From: Amphiscolops sp. MND2022
Lineage: Eukaryota
Direction: 5' to 3'
Length of the DNA stretch: 64,000 nt
Assembly (NCBI GenBank): GCA_964187785.1
Contig: OZ076409.1
Location: 22,880,001-22,944,000 of the forward strand
Shown: positions 13,110 through 26,700 of the stretch, in pieces
How the letters are laid out: each line of letters starts with the position of its first letter
Numbering within the stretch: the first letter of the stretch is position 1
Notes under the pieces: generated by a model
Told to the model about the DNA's origin: nothing
Databases searched by the model: none
The model's input: only the letters and a program-made list of their open reading frames with translations
Made by a program: the position numbers and the translations under genes

Positions 13110-14245
13110 TGCAACGTGCAACTACAGTGCGAATAAGAAACGCGTTAAAACGATTTACTCCTGTAAATTATTTACTTATTTACGCGTTGTCCAATTCCAA
13201 TTCAATCAATCAGAATAGAGCTACTCTATACATTTCCTATTGCCAGATAGACTCAGTGTCAGTCACATCGCAGTTATAACATTTAAAATTTACCGTTAGT
13301 TAGAATATCATGTAATGTTGCAGCCAATCGGATTTGCATATAACATGTGATTATAGATTTATGCAAACCGATATAACTGGCGGTTTTATTATAGCGACAG
13401 TTCTTTGACGCTATTAATACTTCAGTTACGTAATAATGTCGTAAGTTTGGGTCAATATTTCAGTAAACCTAGGAGCAATTTTTAGCACTATCACAGGCAT
13501 AATTTTGTATGTCATCTTCAATTTATTATATATATCAGAAATCTGCGACCAGAAGGACAATCTGATTTGTGTCATACAATCTTACAACTACGAATTCATT
13601 TCTAACCGATTGAGATTATCATGTTCCTTTGATATTTTTTGATTTATAGATAGTTTCTCGATTGACTGTTGAAATTAATATGCTTTCTATACGAAAGCAA
13701 AAGGCAAAGGAAAAGCGCTTTAGTACAATCAGACGTGATATCTGACATGGAAAATGTAGACATGTTACTCGGAAACTATCCTCAGAAAAGATTAGAAAAC
13801 CAGCTAGAAGAAGACCTTGAGTCTGATGAGCTACACCAAGATGCCAATCTGAATGTTGAAGATGTTAGGTCATAACTGAACATCAATAGCAGGGACAACT
13901 GCGGAATGACAATTGAATTTGTTAGAATGATTAATAATGGAATTATCTCGCACGTGGGACGAAAATTAGATGAAATGAAAGCGAAACTTAATTCAAAACT
14001 AATGGTTGCTATAAACTCTGCAACCGTTTAACAAGTGCTTCCCACAATTCAAAATACAATCAGTATGCAGGGGAAAGGTAAAAATACCTCAGTGGACCAA
14101 ATGTAAAGTGAGCAAAAAAGGAGCCCCGAAGTTAGAAATTCCAGGAAAGTTTAGGGAAAATACCTTAAATCTGATCCAGACAATCAGAGCCAGCTCACTA
14201 GAGAAAGCTCAATAGATTCACAATTAAGTGATCTCGAATGCGACA
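13110..14245 (+). pseudogene. Decayed LTR relic related to element B, with remnant of the LTR-encoded Gag leader
   Basis: SDVISDMENVDMLLGN (ORF 13669-13875) resembles MDILSDYDNLDVMLGN of the element B Gag; 13125-13215 resembles element B LTR 54960-55050; probable end GCGACA at 14245. The 5' boundary is uncertain. Confidence 0.6.
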
Positions 14246-14569
14246 AACGAGTATAATTGATTTGCCTTCATTTAGTTCGGGTTGTTGTGTCTAGCGGTTT
14301 TTGTCATCTCCGTTACCGAAGCTTCGCTCAGTGCCCAAAGGAATATGTCCATGATCTGGAATTTCAGATCGTCCATGGATTCTTCGATGACTGTTTTGCT
14401 TATTGTTTTTTTATTGTGTTCAGGTCAATATCCTGTGTCACTTTGACATATTGTATGAATCGCCTCCACGTTTGTTTAGCTTCTTGAATGCCTCTTTGTC
14501 AAATATAGGTAGAGTTCTCATTTGATGGGTTTTTGTGTATTTTTCACCGGGATCGCCTCTGCTGTCTAC

Positions 14570-14571
<2 letters not shown>

Positions 14572-14605
<34 letters not shown>
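14572..14605. repeat. (CT)17 microsatellite
   Basis: Direct reading. Confidence 0.97.
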
Positions 14606-14608
<3 letters not shown>

Positions 14609-15389
14609 GTATTCGTTGTTGTGATTTTTTTAGGCTGACTGCTATGCCGTATCTCTTGAGAATGTAACAAAGATACGAGTAAAGTATCAATTCGGCTCAT
14701 GTATTTGTAACACAGTTTAGACAGGTACTTTCATGTCGGGCTATACAAAATGACATTTGTCTCAAACAACTTCAAGACAATCAGTATTTCGGCAAAAAAC
14801 AATTTTATAATTACATTTGTATTTAAATTTACTGACTGAAAAGGTTTGTTGTGAAAACTTGACCAATCATTTTCCGATCAGTTGTATAACAATGTTAGCT
14901 AAGCTCTAAAAGTGATCAAATTTGACAGCTGTGTCAATCAGGCATCATCTCAGAAAAGTAACCTACGTTAATGCGACCCAGGAGGAGCTGCAGTCCATTC
15001 ACCAGTTAATAACAGATAGGTCGAATTTTCATGTGATATTCAGGTAATTCAGTACTAAAACGTTGATAGCGCAATTCGAGTCTGTTTCTACAAAAGGAAT
15101 AATTTGTTAACGTCAAAAAATTGCTAACGCGGATATGAAGTTCAATAGAGTGATTAAAACGCAGACAAAGTAATCTTATCTCATCTCCTATTCATACTCA
15201 GTTGAACTGATATTTTGGTGATTTCATTTTGATGATATTTTGCGGAAAATATTTTTTCCAATTTTGTGCATTACTTTCGTATGCAAAAAAATCCACTTTA
15301 CACTCTCTAGAGTACATTTCAGCATTGCATGCTGTCATTCTTGAAATTGAAGATACTATGCAACTAAAGACGGCATACTATGCAACTAA

Positions 15390-15824
15390 AGAGCATCACA
15401 AGTTTGTTCTCAAAGAGTTACGCAAAAATATTTGTAATCGCAGTACAATTTCCTATCAAACTTTATGTCCTATCAAACAAAAAAATTATGAAAGATTCAT
15501 TTACAACTTGCTTTCTTGAAATAATGATAGGATGAGTTCTTTTAGTTGCAAAAAATGTTTTAGTTCGATTCTTCGAACATGCAAGAAAGTCACCAAAAAC
15601 GGGTTTACAGCAAAACGGCGGTTTTCAGGCACTTCAATGTTCTGCTTGTCTAAACTGTTGCAATTTCAAATCAAAAAGTCTCGGAAGACAATTGAATAGT
15701 TGTAACTGTTGTGGTATGTTGCGCAAATATATTGTTTTTCTCATGTGTTCAGTCTCTTTTTGGCAGCCTTCAGAGCATCACAAGTTTGTTCTCAAAGAGT
15801 TACGCAAAAATATTTGTAATCGCA
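15390..15824. repeat. Perfect 53-bp direct repeat pair (15390-15442 and 15772-15824)
   Basis: AGAGCATCACAAGTTTGTTCTCAAAGAGTTACGCAAAAATATTTGTAATCGCA occurs twice. Confidence 0.92.
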
Positions 15825-15944
15825 CATTTGAAATCCCAATTCGATCTCATCGCTTGTGATGAAACGTGATTCAAGCTCTGACAATGTCAAAAACGAACTG
15901 AATGGATAACAATGGAATGAATTGCAAAACACACAGATTTACAG

Positions 15945-16225
15945 GTCATGGTTTTCCATCCATAATTCATGAACTCGCCATGCCGAGAATCATTTCATGA
16001 TCATGGAAAGATATCCATGATTAATGGATGATCATGGATGAAAAGCCACGATGCCATTGATAATCATGGATGAAATTTCATGAGTTTATCCATCAAAACT
16101 TTCCACAGTTCTCATCATAGCCGTGATCATGGATGATTATCGAATGTGATGCCATGATAAAACCATTAAATCATGGATGAAAAGCCCAGAATGAGCCACG
16201 ATGGTCAAGGTTTTTTATCCGTTGG
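15945..16225. repeat. Cluster of CCATGATCATGG / CATGGATGA motifs, probably the subterminal array of a decayed TIR element
   Basis: Many variants of TCATGG/CCATGA within 280 bp; no clean termini found. Confidence 0.45.
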
Positions 16226-16408
16226 TTTTGTATCATTGTCACGACAAAAATTTTAAATATATTTCATATATCATTTGAACAATATTATTTCGGTTTCGAA
16301 CTCCGAACAAATCTGTTGAAGAAAATGGTTCAAAATAGCAACCACCTGTAAACATTGTTCATAGATAATATTACCGAAGTCCATTAAATTCTGCTATGTC
16401 TTCCTCGA

Positions 16409-16790
16409 TTTTTAGTCGCCGCTTTCCGAAGAAAAAACCGACTATAGCTGTGGCTTTTTTATAGACCGCGAACTGATAGATTTTATAAGCCTTCTATAAA
16501 CTTCTATACTCTCCAAATCCTCTTTCTATACTCGCTATATTCGAATACTTGACGTTATATGCGAAATGATTTGCGTTTTACCGAGGAGGATGCGGAGGTT
16601 CGAGCAAATTGTGCTATATCCGAATTCTAGACGTTACATCTGAAGTAAATTATTTTACTAAGGAGGAGGTTCGAAATAAGCGCTCCCATATGGCTGTCCG
16701 AATTTTTGCTACGCTATATCCGAATTTTTGACGTCATATCCGAAGTGGTAAATTCCATTTCACTATGGAGGAGGCGGAGGTTCTTATCAG
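16409..16790 (+). mobile_element. 5' part of a divergent HINE-like element with internal tandem repeats
   Basis: TTTTTAGTCGCCGCTTTCCGAAGAAAAAACCGACT start; repeated CTATATCCGAATT..TGACGTTATATCCGAAG..GGAGGAGG units at 16530-16790. Confidence 0.55.
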
Positions 16791-16988
16791 TTTGAATTTT
16801 CGTTTTTTTTTACAAAATCGAAAGAAAAGCACACTGCATTTGAATGTTTGACCTTAAAATCGAAGTAATTGATATTCTTGGTGAGTATAAAAACAAAAAA
16901 AACAATTTCAGGCATCCCTCTCAAATTTTTTCGGTACTGTAATTTCTGTACTGTGCGTTTTTTTTTATTTGAGCAAATCAACACAATA

Positions 16989-17314
16989 TTTTTAGTCGGC
17001 GTTTTCGAAGAAAATCCCGACTCTTAGAGTGGCTAGTTTTTTTTCGTCAGTTCAACGCGTAACGTGCATTAAGGCAATTATTGCACATTTACCAATTTTT
17101 ACCATATGTACTTAGTACTTCATTTTCAACGCATCCAAAGCGTCTAACATGAGATAAAAAGCGTCCCCCCTTTTACATTTTTCGGCACTATGCGACTTAC
17201 CGGAAATTTTTAGTTTTTTGAGAGCTTTTGTTGTCTCCAGTTGTAGAAAAAGTGGTTTTCGAGTCTTTTTGAGCCTTAGATATGGCGCCGACTTGGGCCG
17301 TTCCCGGCTTGTTT
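16989..17314 (+). mobile_element. Short Helentron-associated (HINE/DINE-1-like) element
   Basis: TTTTTAGTCGGCG start; GCGCCGACTTGGGCCGTTCCCGGCTTGTTT end. Confidence 0.8.
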
Positions 17315-18128
17315 ATTTTGAATCCTATTCAAAACATTTCCCATGCATGTTCCATTCACGATCATGGATTGTGAACGTGGAGGTAAAATGGTATTGCATG
17401 GAAACACACGGGATGTCATTGCGGGGTTATTCTGATTCACTTGTCTTGAAAGTATTCGCAAATGCCAAAACGGCAGTCTCGCGAATTTCTATTAACAACG
17501 TTCTTCGAAACTTCTATCGAAGTTATAGATAAAAATAATCTTTAGATAATTTGTAATAATCTCATCCAGATAATTCCATTTCGAACTCTTGAAAATTTGT
17601 CTTCCACTTTTTGTTCCAATGTTTGTCCTTAGAATTTTAAAACCGTTTGTTTTCAAAAATTTTGATCACAATAAAAAACCGTATAAAAAGTAGCTTATCA
17701 CAAATAGCCTATTCTTTTACATTACTTCGTAGTGCTCAGAAAAGTCTCAAAAAAGTTCCGCAAATTTCGACTGTAAGTTGATATCTGGCGGCGACTAAAC
17801 AGAGATTTATTACATCCAAGAAACTTCTAATTGATCCAAGAAAAAGCATTTAGTGGGAAATGCTTCAACCTACAGTTTTCGGAGACTAACCTGTAAGCAA
17901 CCAGTTAAGTATGGGTTATCAGTAAATAATATTAACTCGGCGCTCCATCAATGAAGTGGAAATTTCCTTAAGGCCATCGCTATCGTTCTCAGGGTTCCAG
18001 TTCTGTGTCTCAAACAAAACGTGAGTATTTTGTGAAATGAGTCATTCTAAATGGATCCTACGTGTACGTACAGGATCCTTTCTTTGCTTGAAGTCAGACA
18101 TTTATCGGTTGATTGAATTGCATCGATA

Positions 18129-18811
18129 CCCGTACTGGAAACCCACCGCAACCCACCGGTGGCCATAAGTTTCGATCAGAAGACGGTCATAAGTTTCGAT
18201 CCGTAATTCCACCGGTGGCCACCGGTGAAAGTTTTTTTTGAAAAATTCGAATAATTCAAATTTCAGTGCGTCAAATTTTGACGGTCATTCTTTTTTGGGT
18301 TTTAAGCATGTTTTTACTGTTATATTGTTACTTATTGATTTCTGAGGGTTACCTTGATGGCCCGGGTAGCATTAAGGACGCTTTTCGGCACCGCGTATCC
18401 TGCAGCCGCAAGATAGGTAGGATTTTCACTCACCTAAATTAATTGTTCCACCCAAAAACAATATTTTATAGGAGTATTATTTTCATAATTCATTGATTTT
18501 AGTGTATCCAAATATAGTGATGTGAATTGTATTCACTAATAGATTTGAATCCTATGATTTCCGCAAAATTTGCGCTCTTTTAAGGTCTTTTTGGCTGATA
18601 ATTCGTTAATTTTTGCTCTATAATTCTGTTAAACTTCTGCCGATTTTTGCTGGACCTGCATCATCCTTGTACCATCGGTAGAACAATCGGTGACCACCGG
18701 TGGAATCTCCGGTGGGCCACCGGTGGGACTATGAGTACCTGCACCGGCGGTACACCGGTGGTCACCCCAAAAACTGCGGATGCGTGGACTGCGGTTGATT
18801 TCCAACCCGGG
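18129..18811. mobile_element. Non-autonomous TIR DNA transposon (CCC...GGG ends, 2-bp TSD TA)
   Basis: CCCGTACTGGAAA / TTTCCAACCCGGG imperfect TIRs; TA on both flanks; subterminal CCACCGGTGG palindrome arrays at both ends. Confidence 0.78.
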
Positions 18812-19043
18812 TAGAACATGGGACCAATCAAAAAAGGTTCGAATATCTCACCGATACCCGCCAACTGAGTCCACTTAAACTGATAACGTTTAATGTCTCA
18901 AACGTGAAGTGTATTAAACATTCAACTGTTATCTGATATTGTCTTAACAAATGTTTTTTTTTCGCTGATTATATTTTTTTCTTTCAATTGTTTGCCTTTC
19001 AAAAAGTCCCCAAATGTTTTCTATATGTGCCTTTTCTCTACTA

Positions 19044-19137
19044 TAAGTGTATCATGCTGAGAAAGAACAATGTTCCTTATAGATGAAGATATCTTCATCA
19101 ATAAGGAACATTGTTCTTTCTCTGTATGACACACTTA
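19044..19137. repeat. 94-bp near-perfect palindrome with no spacer
   Basis: Centre GATGAAGAT|ATCTTCATC at 19090/19091; arms GAGAAAGAACAATGTTCCTTAT / ATAAGGAACATTGTTCTTTCTC. Confidence 0.92.
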
Positions 19138-22100
19138 CGGTAGTATATACTACCTAAAGTGAATTGAAAGAAAAGAGGAAAAGCAATATGCGGTGAAAAT
19201 GATAGTTTTTGAAAACTGGGGAAAACAACTGAAAGACGTCATACTTAGTTTTTTTTAATTTTTCTATAGTTTAGTTTTGACAGAATAGATGGTTGAAAAA
19301 ATTGAAATTTTGAAATTGAGAGATCAATTTTGTCAACTTCGTATGAACTTTGAGTGGTTTCTTTTGTTTTTGTTTGTGACGCACCAGTTTTTAAATGTCA
19401 GTTGCTCATATGTCAGTCGTTCAAATGTCAGTTTCCATATGTCGTTGACGTAATTTCCATCCAATAATAAACGCTTGGTAATTGGAATTTTTAATGCAAT
19501 TTTGTTTCTCAGCTTGCTTTTTGTAAACAAAAACACAGTAAACCAAAAATACAGGTACCAAAAGTATAGATAATTTAACGTGTTGGTAATTTTCCATTGC
19601 AAAAATGTGCTTAGCATGCGCAATGATTTGCATTCTATCATTTCCCGCCGTCACGTTTTAAGCATTATAATTGGTACTCAGTCTTGCGGTTTTACCATAA
19701 TTTTCTCACGTATATTTCCATCTTTTTTAAATCGATCTTATGACTTCTGAATGAGCTTCATTTTGAAGTTTAATTCTGAATACTACAAGCTTACCCCGAA
19801 AACTCATGATGAAGAACGGTCAACGTTCTTGAGCTTCACAAAAATTTTTTTTCAAGTTTCATTCCCCAACACTTCTTAAACAGGTGAACTTTTAAAAAAT
19901 ATTAAGCAATTTCTTTGTTGTATTGAGTTTGAACCGCACTGTAACATGTGTGTTTTATATTCTCTCGGTGATTAGGAGTTTTTCACAATGATTATGACGT
20001 ATTATTAATAGTATAAAGGTGATGATAGTTATTACGGATGCTGGTCCACATAACCTGATACTATATTCAGGACATCTATTCCTGGGTCAGGATCCCTGGT
20101 AGATGGCTAAGTTCTGGTAATTAGTTGCGGTCGAAAGAGAATGTAAAATGAATATTGATCACGTTGCAGAGTAATACAAAAGAATTACAAAAAGTTTCGG
20201 TGACAAAGTTCGATTATCGACTCAAAATGAAGCGAAATGAAGACTTTTGAGGCATTTTGTATTGATAAGAATACAAGACAATGGCTATCTTTTTGTATGA
20301 TAATGACGTCTTTACTTGAGCCTCATTTCACAATTATGCCCAAGACAGAAGGTCTACCTCCTGTACGAAAGTACCCGGCAGCAACTTTCGTGGTTTTCAG
20401 GGAAAACTTTCCCTCTTTTAAGTGCACCGAGACAGTAAACCTTTGTAACATCAACATTCAAACATAGACGTTTCAGAAGTAGAAGTGAGAGGTTAGAACC
20501 GAACTGCCAAAGTTTGAACGTCAAAAACATTTGCAAAAGGAACACGTACGAGCATTAAATTCACTTTTCGTAGCTGGCAGCATTGTGCACACTTGCCAAT
20601 CTTTTGTTGTTTTAAACGTGTTAACAACATCTTTCGATAGTCATTCGATGTTACGTAATCGAAACGGCCTAACAACGATGGCAGAACAACATCACATCAA
20701 CTGCTGAACAAAGTTACAACAGCAACAGCAAACAATGTTGGTCAAATTAGAATAACTTACTCCAAACAACATCTGTTTGCGTAGTACAATAATTTGTGAA
20801 AGGAAGCTATTTTTGAATCTGAGAAATCCTAGAAAAGTTTTCAATTACCATCTTTAGGAAATGCAAGGTTTAGGAAGCACAATGAATAAGACCCTCGCTA
20901 AACACCGGTATATTTTCGCCCTGTTCGCCTTCACCAACTGAGTCATAGCTATTTTGGGAGCTGAGAAAAGGATGTAAAGAATAAGATCTAAAATTTAGTG
21001 ACTTTACATTTCATTCCATTTAGATCTTATTTCCGTCCTGAAATTTTAGATCTTATTGCCTTTAGATCTTATACCCTTTTATGACTTTAGATATTATTCC
21101 CGCTGTATGCTATTTGAATTACTTGACTATTTTAGTTTCTAGTAACTATATAAATAGTCAAGTAATCAAAAGGTGGAGATTGTGGAGATTTGGCAAAATT
21201 TGGTAAAAAACGCGTCACAGATCATGATTTTCCTCCCCCATTTATAAAATGTGGGGTCGGAAAATAATAATATCCGTTGTTATTTCATTTTGAATTCAAG
21301 GAAGCGTAAGCAATTTTGCACCGAACTTTACGGAAACCGCGCTATTGGCCGACCGCTCAACTGGGCGACTAAGCAGTTAGCCGACCGGAACAAATATGGT
21401 TGGATATCAGTGAAAACAATCTAGATTTTTCGAATACTTCTCCTTTAAAAGGTTATTTAAAATAGAATGCTTCTGAATGAAGATCTGATTCACTTCCCGA
21501 TCTCTATTAAAATCGAACAATCCTTTTTCTGGATTTAAAAACACCATTTTAGGTATAATTCCACTGTTCTGAAAGTATTCAGTCAGCCAATTGCACCGTC
21601 GGCGGTGGAAAGCGCCATCGTCAATTGACCCAGTGAGGCGTTTGGGACTAAAATTGCACTCCCTATCTAACGATATCAAAAAAAGTTGGGGAAAAATTTT
21701 CCGAATTATTTCCGAATCAACTTTTGTTTAATAAAAGTCGCACAGTGCCCATAAACTTGAAGGGTGTAGACCTTAGGTTCGCTAAATGTTTTTTTTGCAA
21801 AATTTAAAGACGGACTCTTTGGCGAAATTAATATTCTTTTACTGGAAAGTCGCGCAGTGCCGTAAAAACATATTTTTTTTGAGCAGCGTGGGATTCGTCC
21901 ATCCTGTATTTCGCGCTCTACCCACACTCACTATGCACAGGCACTTGCGCTAACCATGAAGGGCAAGTGAAATGGTGGAGTAACAGGAGAAAATCGTCGA
22001 TTTATAGAATGTGTCAGAATGCATATCTTTTTAAAAGCCAATGCTATAGTCTGCGTTTTCCAGCAAGAATGGCTGATTTTTGCTACACCTGCTAGTTCAA

Positions 22101-23714
22101 AATGTTGGTATTCAAACAAATCAACTCGAGCAGCTCGTTTTTTTTGGAAAGCTGATCGGGAAAATGGTGTGACCTCTGATCTGTAAACATTCGAACTCGC
22201 TCAAACTATTGGACTGAACCAATTTGAGATGAATCGAATCAACAAAAACAACAAAAAACCGAAACTCCTGTATGACAAAAAAGTCATTGCCCATCTTCGG
22301 AAAGTGAATGAAAAAACTTCCGAACAAAAAGCAGCAACAAAAATGGTAACCAAGTGAAAGAATTCGGACTGAAAGGCACTACCTCGGGTGTTTCAAAAAA
22401 CATCTTTAGGTTTCTTGCCCTGCATAAAATTTTGGTGTCACAAAATGAAAATACAGGCGCTCGGTTGTCGGAAAAAGAAGCTAACTCGAACATTTTCAAG
22501 ATCTCACAATGAAAAACAAGCATCAGAGCTTGAAAGTAATTTTTCATTTTAAAAAACGCTAAAAATGGAACTTTTCAATATTAGAAAATGCGAAGATTCA
22601 TCTCCTGTAGAGTTTGCGTGTATATAGGAGACCTCGACAAATACAACTAATTGTGAAATAACAACCAGTCATCAAGAGGTGCAACGTCACTGCAGAAAAT
22701 TGTGCTATCATAATCGTTTACACAGAAGTTCAACTCTGGTTAAATACTATATCTCGCCTTGGGTTAGGGAACTAATTGGTGAAAAACAAATTCGAAAATA
22801 AAATACAAAAGCGAAAACAAATTCAAACCAGGAACCTTGAATTTCAATCATCCAAACAAGTACCAACAATATGAAAAAAGTCAAATTTTTCAGGAAGAAA
22901 AACAAAATCACATTGCGAATTGATGTCGTTTCATTTTCTCAAAACCATCCATTTCTTTAAAATTTCATTTCATTTCTTCAATTTAAAACGCTCGGAAAAA
23001 AAACAAAAAAGGGGACATTATTTGAAGCTTTTTTCCAAAGTGGGAGCGGATTCGCACAGGACCAAAAATTAGTTGAGGCTCAAAAAAACTTTTTCCCATC
23101 TAGAAACATCAAAACAATCGAAGTGACGACCCCCAGTGAAAAGCACAAAAAAATCGGAAAAAGTTGTACAGTGCCAAAAAAGCAGCGAAGTGGCGCATTT
23201 TCGTCTCATTCAGACTTAAGCATTACTCGAACAATTTTTTAAAATCAAAGCAGGCCTTTTGGCACACCTAGATGCACTTTCTTTTATAGGCTTACTTAAA
23301 AATAGTTCAGAGTGTTTTGGAAAGAAGATGAAGAAACTCGCCGAAAAACAAAATGGACGTTGAAATATAAATTAACTCCAGAAATTCTCCTTGAATTAAC
23401 GGACCGAAACTTTACTTTGGCAAAATGAACAAAAAAGAAAAGACAGTGAAGTGCAAGTGATGAAACAAATATGATGTGAGTAGTTTGATTTACAGTGCTT
23501 TCAAGGATGAAACGTGCTTCTGACAAAAATAGTGAACAATAGCAAATCATAGTGTGAATTTTGACAAATTTTTTATCGTAAAGGAACTTCTATCGTAAAC
23601 TATTTTGTTCGAGCGAGTACTTGAATAAATTCCCGTGGCTGTACGACATTGCCCTACTCACAGCAACATCCATTGTTGAACTTTTTCCATGTTCATTAAA
23701 GTTGCCAACTTTTA

Positions 23715-26700
23715 TGTGGTGACGTCATCGTCACTTATTGTTATTCGGTCAACAACTACCGTTTGCTACCGAAGAAGGTACTCTAATTTTATTGGTTCCG
23801 AAATTCGGTTACATAACACCGAAGAATGGAGACTTTGAATATGCGTTACCGAGGACTGGTGAAAGAACTCAGATAAATTCTTACATAATAGACTTGTACT
23901 TTAACTGGTGTTAAATGTTTTGAATACTACATACTGTTTTGTACGGATCAAATAAAAAGATAAGAAAGTGAAATCGAAAACCTGAATTGAACTGAGTCTA
24001 AAACAAATTCTTTTGATAACCACTACGCGACAAATGGTGTCCAGAACGCCGAAATTAAATTAAGTTTGACTGTTAATTGCGGAAGAAACAGCAGATTCTT
24101 ACTTCTATTTCATTTAAAACGAAAGGGAGAAGATCTTATTCAGTTAGTTTGGTGGAAATATTGAAATGCAAGCAACCGAGAAACAGAGACAAAAAAGCAA
24201 CTCAACCTGCACGAACCCAGAGCTGCTCTAGCATGGATAGATGCATTCAAAGCGCGATGACGGGTCGAAAAGAAAACAGATGTACTGGCAGCTGGAACAA
24301 CACCGGTCGATTTACAAGTAACAGATCAATTTCTTTTCCATTAAGCTTCCATTAAATTGAAACCCGATGCTAAACAATTGTTTGCGCGGCACGGAAGTTA
24401 CCGTTGCCACTTGAACGGAAAGTCAATAAAACCATTGACGAATTACTGTTGTTGGGAATTCTTGAACCAATTGAAGCCGATGGTGTTGATAATTGTTCTC
24501 CCGTTGTGTGGGTGAAAAAAGGTGATAAACTGCAAATGTGTGCTGGCTATGAAGTACAAGTAAATGACAAAACTATTACTGAAGCATTCCCCCTACTTTG
24601 TATAGAAACCATTTTCTCAAAAGTGTCATGCGCTAAATTTTTTGCGAAAATTGATTTATCTACAGCATATTGGCAAATTCCACTTGATGAAAAATCGGAA
24701 GAAGTATGTACACTGAATACAACTCGAGGCCTATTTCGAGTAACCCGGTTACAACAAGGACTGAAAAATGCAGCGGCTGTTTTCCAGCAAGCAATCGAGG
24801 AAGTGCTCAACGGACTGGATGGTTGCGTCGCATATCGAGATGATGTCCTGTTGTTCGGTGTAACCGAAGCCGAACTCCGGAAAAGATACAATGCGGTCAA
24901 AGAACGGCAGGCAGCAAAGAACTTCACCGTGAATGAAGACGAGTGCGTATCATTCTCGACAACGTTATCCTTCTTGGGCTATGAAGTAAGGATCATCAGA
25001 ATGTGTAAAGCCGGAACAGAAGCACGTTCAGTCACTTCTTCAATTGCAGCCACTGAAGGAAGTCAAAGAAGTTGAAGCTTTTATCGGACTTATCAATTAC
25101 TTTGGGCGAACGATTCCAGACTATGCCGCCAAGTCGAGATGTATCAATGATCTCCGGCAAAATGATAAACGTTTCAAGTGGACCGATGAATGTCAAAGAA
25201 AATTCCAGTCACTGGTCGTTGAGCTTACTAGTGAACCATTGGTACAACCGTACACATTGGACAACGAAGTAACTCTCACAACGGACGCATCCGAAAACAC
25301 CATTGGTGGTGTATTGACGCAGAATGATCACCCGGTTAATCTCATAACTTGACAACGGCAGAACAGAATTACAACAACATTGAACGGGAAGCGCTTGCTG
25401 TAGTGTTCGCAGTGACACGACTTCAACACTTTTTATTGGGGAGGAAGTTCACTCTGTGAACAGATCACAAGCCACTACGGTATATCTTCAATCCGAGCAA
25501 CCAGATACGGAAAGTTGTATCAGCGAGACTTGTGCGATGGGCAATAACTCTGATGGCGTATGACTATGATGTACAATACACTCCCGGTCAAGGTAGTGGC
25601 CATGCCGATGCGATGTCCCGCGTACGGTTCAAAAACGATGAAGACGACTCAGTTGCGGTAGCAATGGCTACATTCGAGAGACCCGTGAATAATGTCGAGA
25701 AGCTACGGGAAGAGAAGCAATCGAAAGAGTTCATGATGCGGGTGATGAAAAGAATCCGAACTGGCAATTGGAAAAACTGTACCAAAATTGAGAATTCTTT
25801 TATGAATGTTTCAAATGCTTTAACACTACAAAGTAATTTGATATATAATGGATCGAAAATTTTCATACCGATTACATTCCGAAAACAAGTGATTGAAAAA
25901 TTTCACGACGTCCATCAAGGAACGAAAGCTTTGAAAAAATTGGTGAAACATAATGCTTGGTGGCCATTTATGGGTAGCGATATCGAACAATTTGTTAAAA
26001 ATTGTGCCGAATGCAGCAAAAACCGACCACGACTGACTGATTCTACCGACAAATGGGAAGAATGCGCTCCACGGGAAAGACTACATATGGACTGGCTTTA
26101 TGAAGCAGAAGACGGTAACATTCTGATCATTGCCGATGCTGAGTCCGGTTGGTTGAAAACTTTCCCGTGCACGGACCGGTCAACGCGGAACGTGGTTAGA
26201 TGTCTCCGAACAATCTTTTCTCGGTTTGTAATACCATATACGGTTGTGTCCGATAACGGAAAGGAGTTTGTATCCAAAGACCTAAAAGACTGGTTGATAG
26301 CACAAGGATGCAAAAAGATTGACACGTATTTGTATTCACCGAGAAGCAATAGACTTGCCGAGAGGCAGTTCGAACTTCGAAAAGAAGCCCTAAACTTTAC
26401 AATAAAGACATTCGTTGCTCTTTGACTACTTACATTGATAAAATTTTGTTCAGTCACAGCAATTCTTCAGATACTTGAGGTGAATCTCCTGCCAAATTAA
26501 TGCTTGCAAGAAACTTGAGAGACCCTGCTGTTGGTTTTTTTAAGTTGGTGTAAAAGTGATGTTCAAACCCACTTCAAACCTTGAGCCGGAAGAATTCACT
26601 TACATTATCCGGAAAGGACGAAACACAGCTTGGCTTCATGACAACAACCGAACCAATATGGCAAGTGATGGACAAATCGCATCACTACCATCATCAGACG

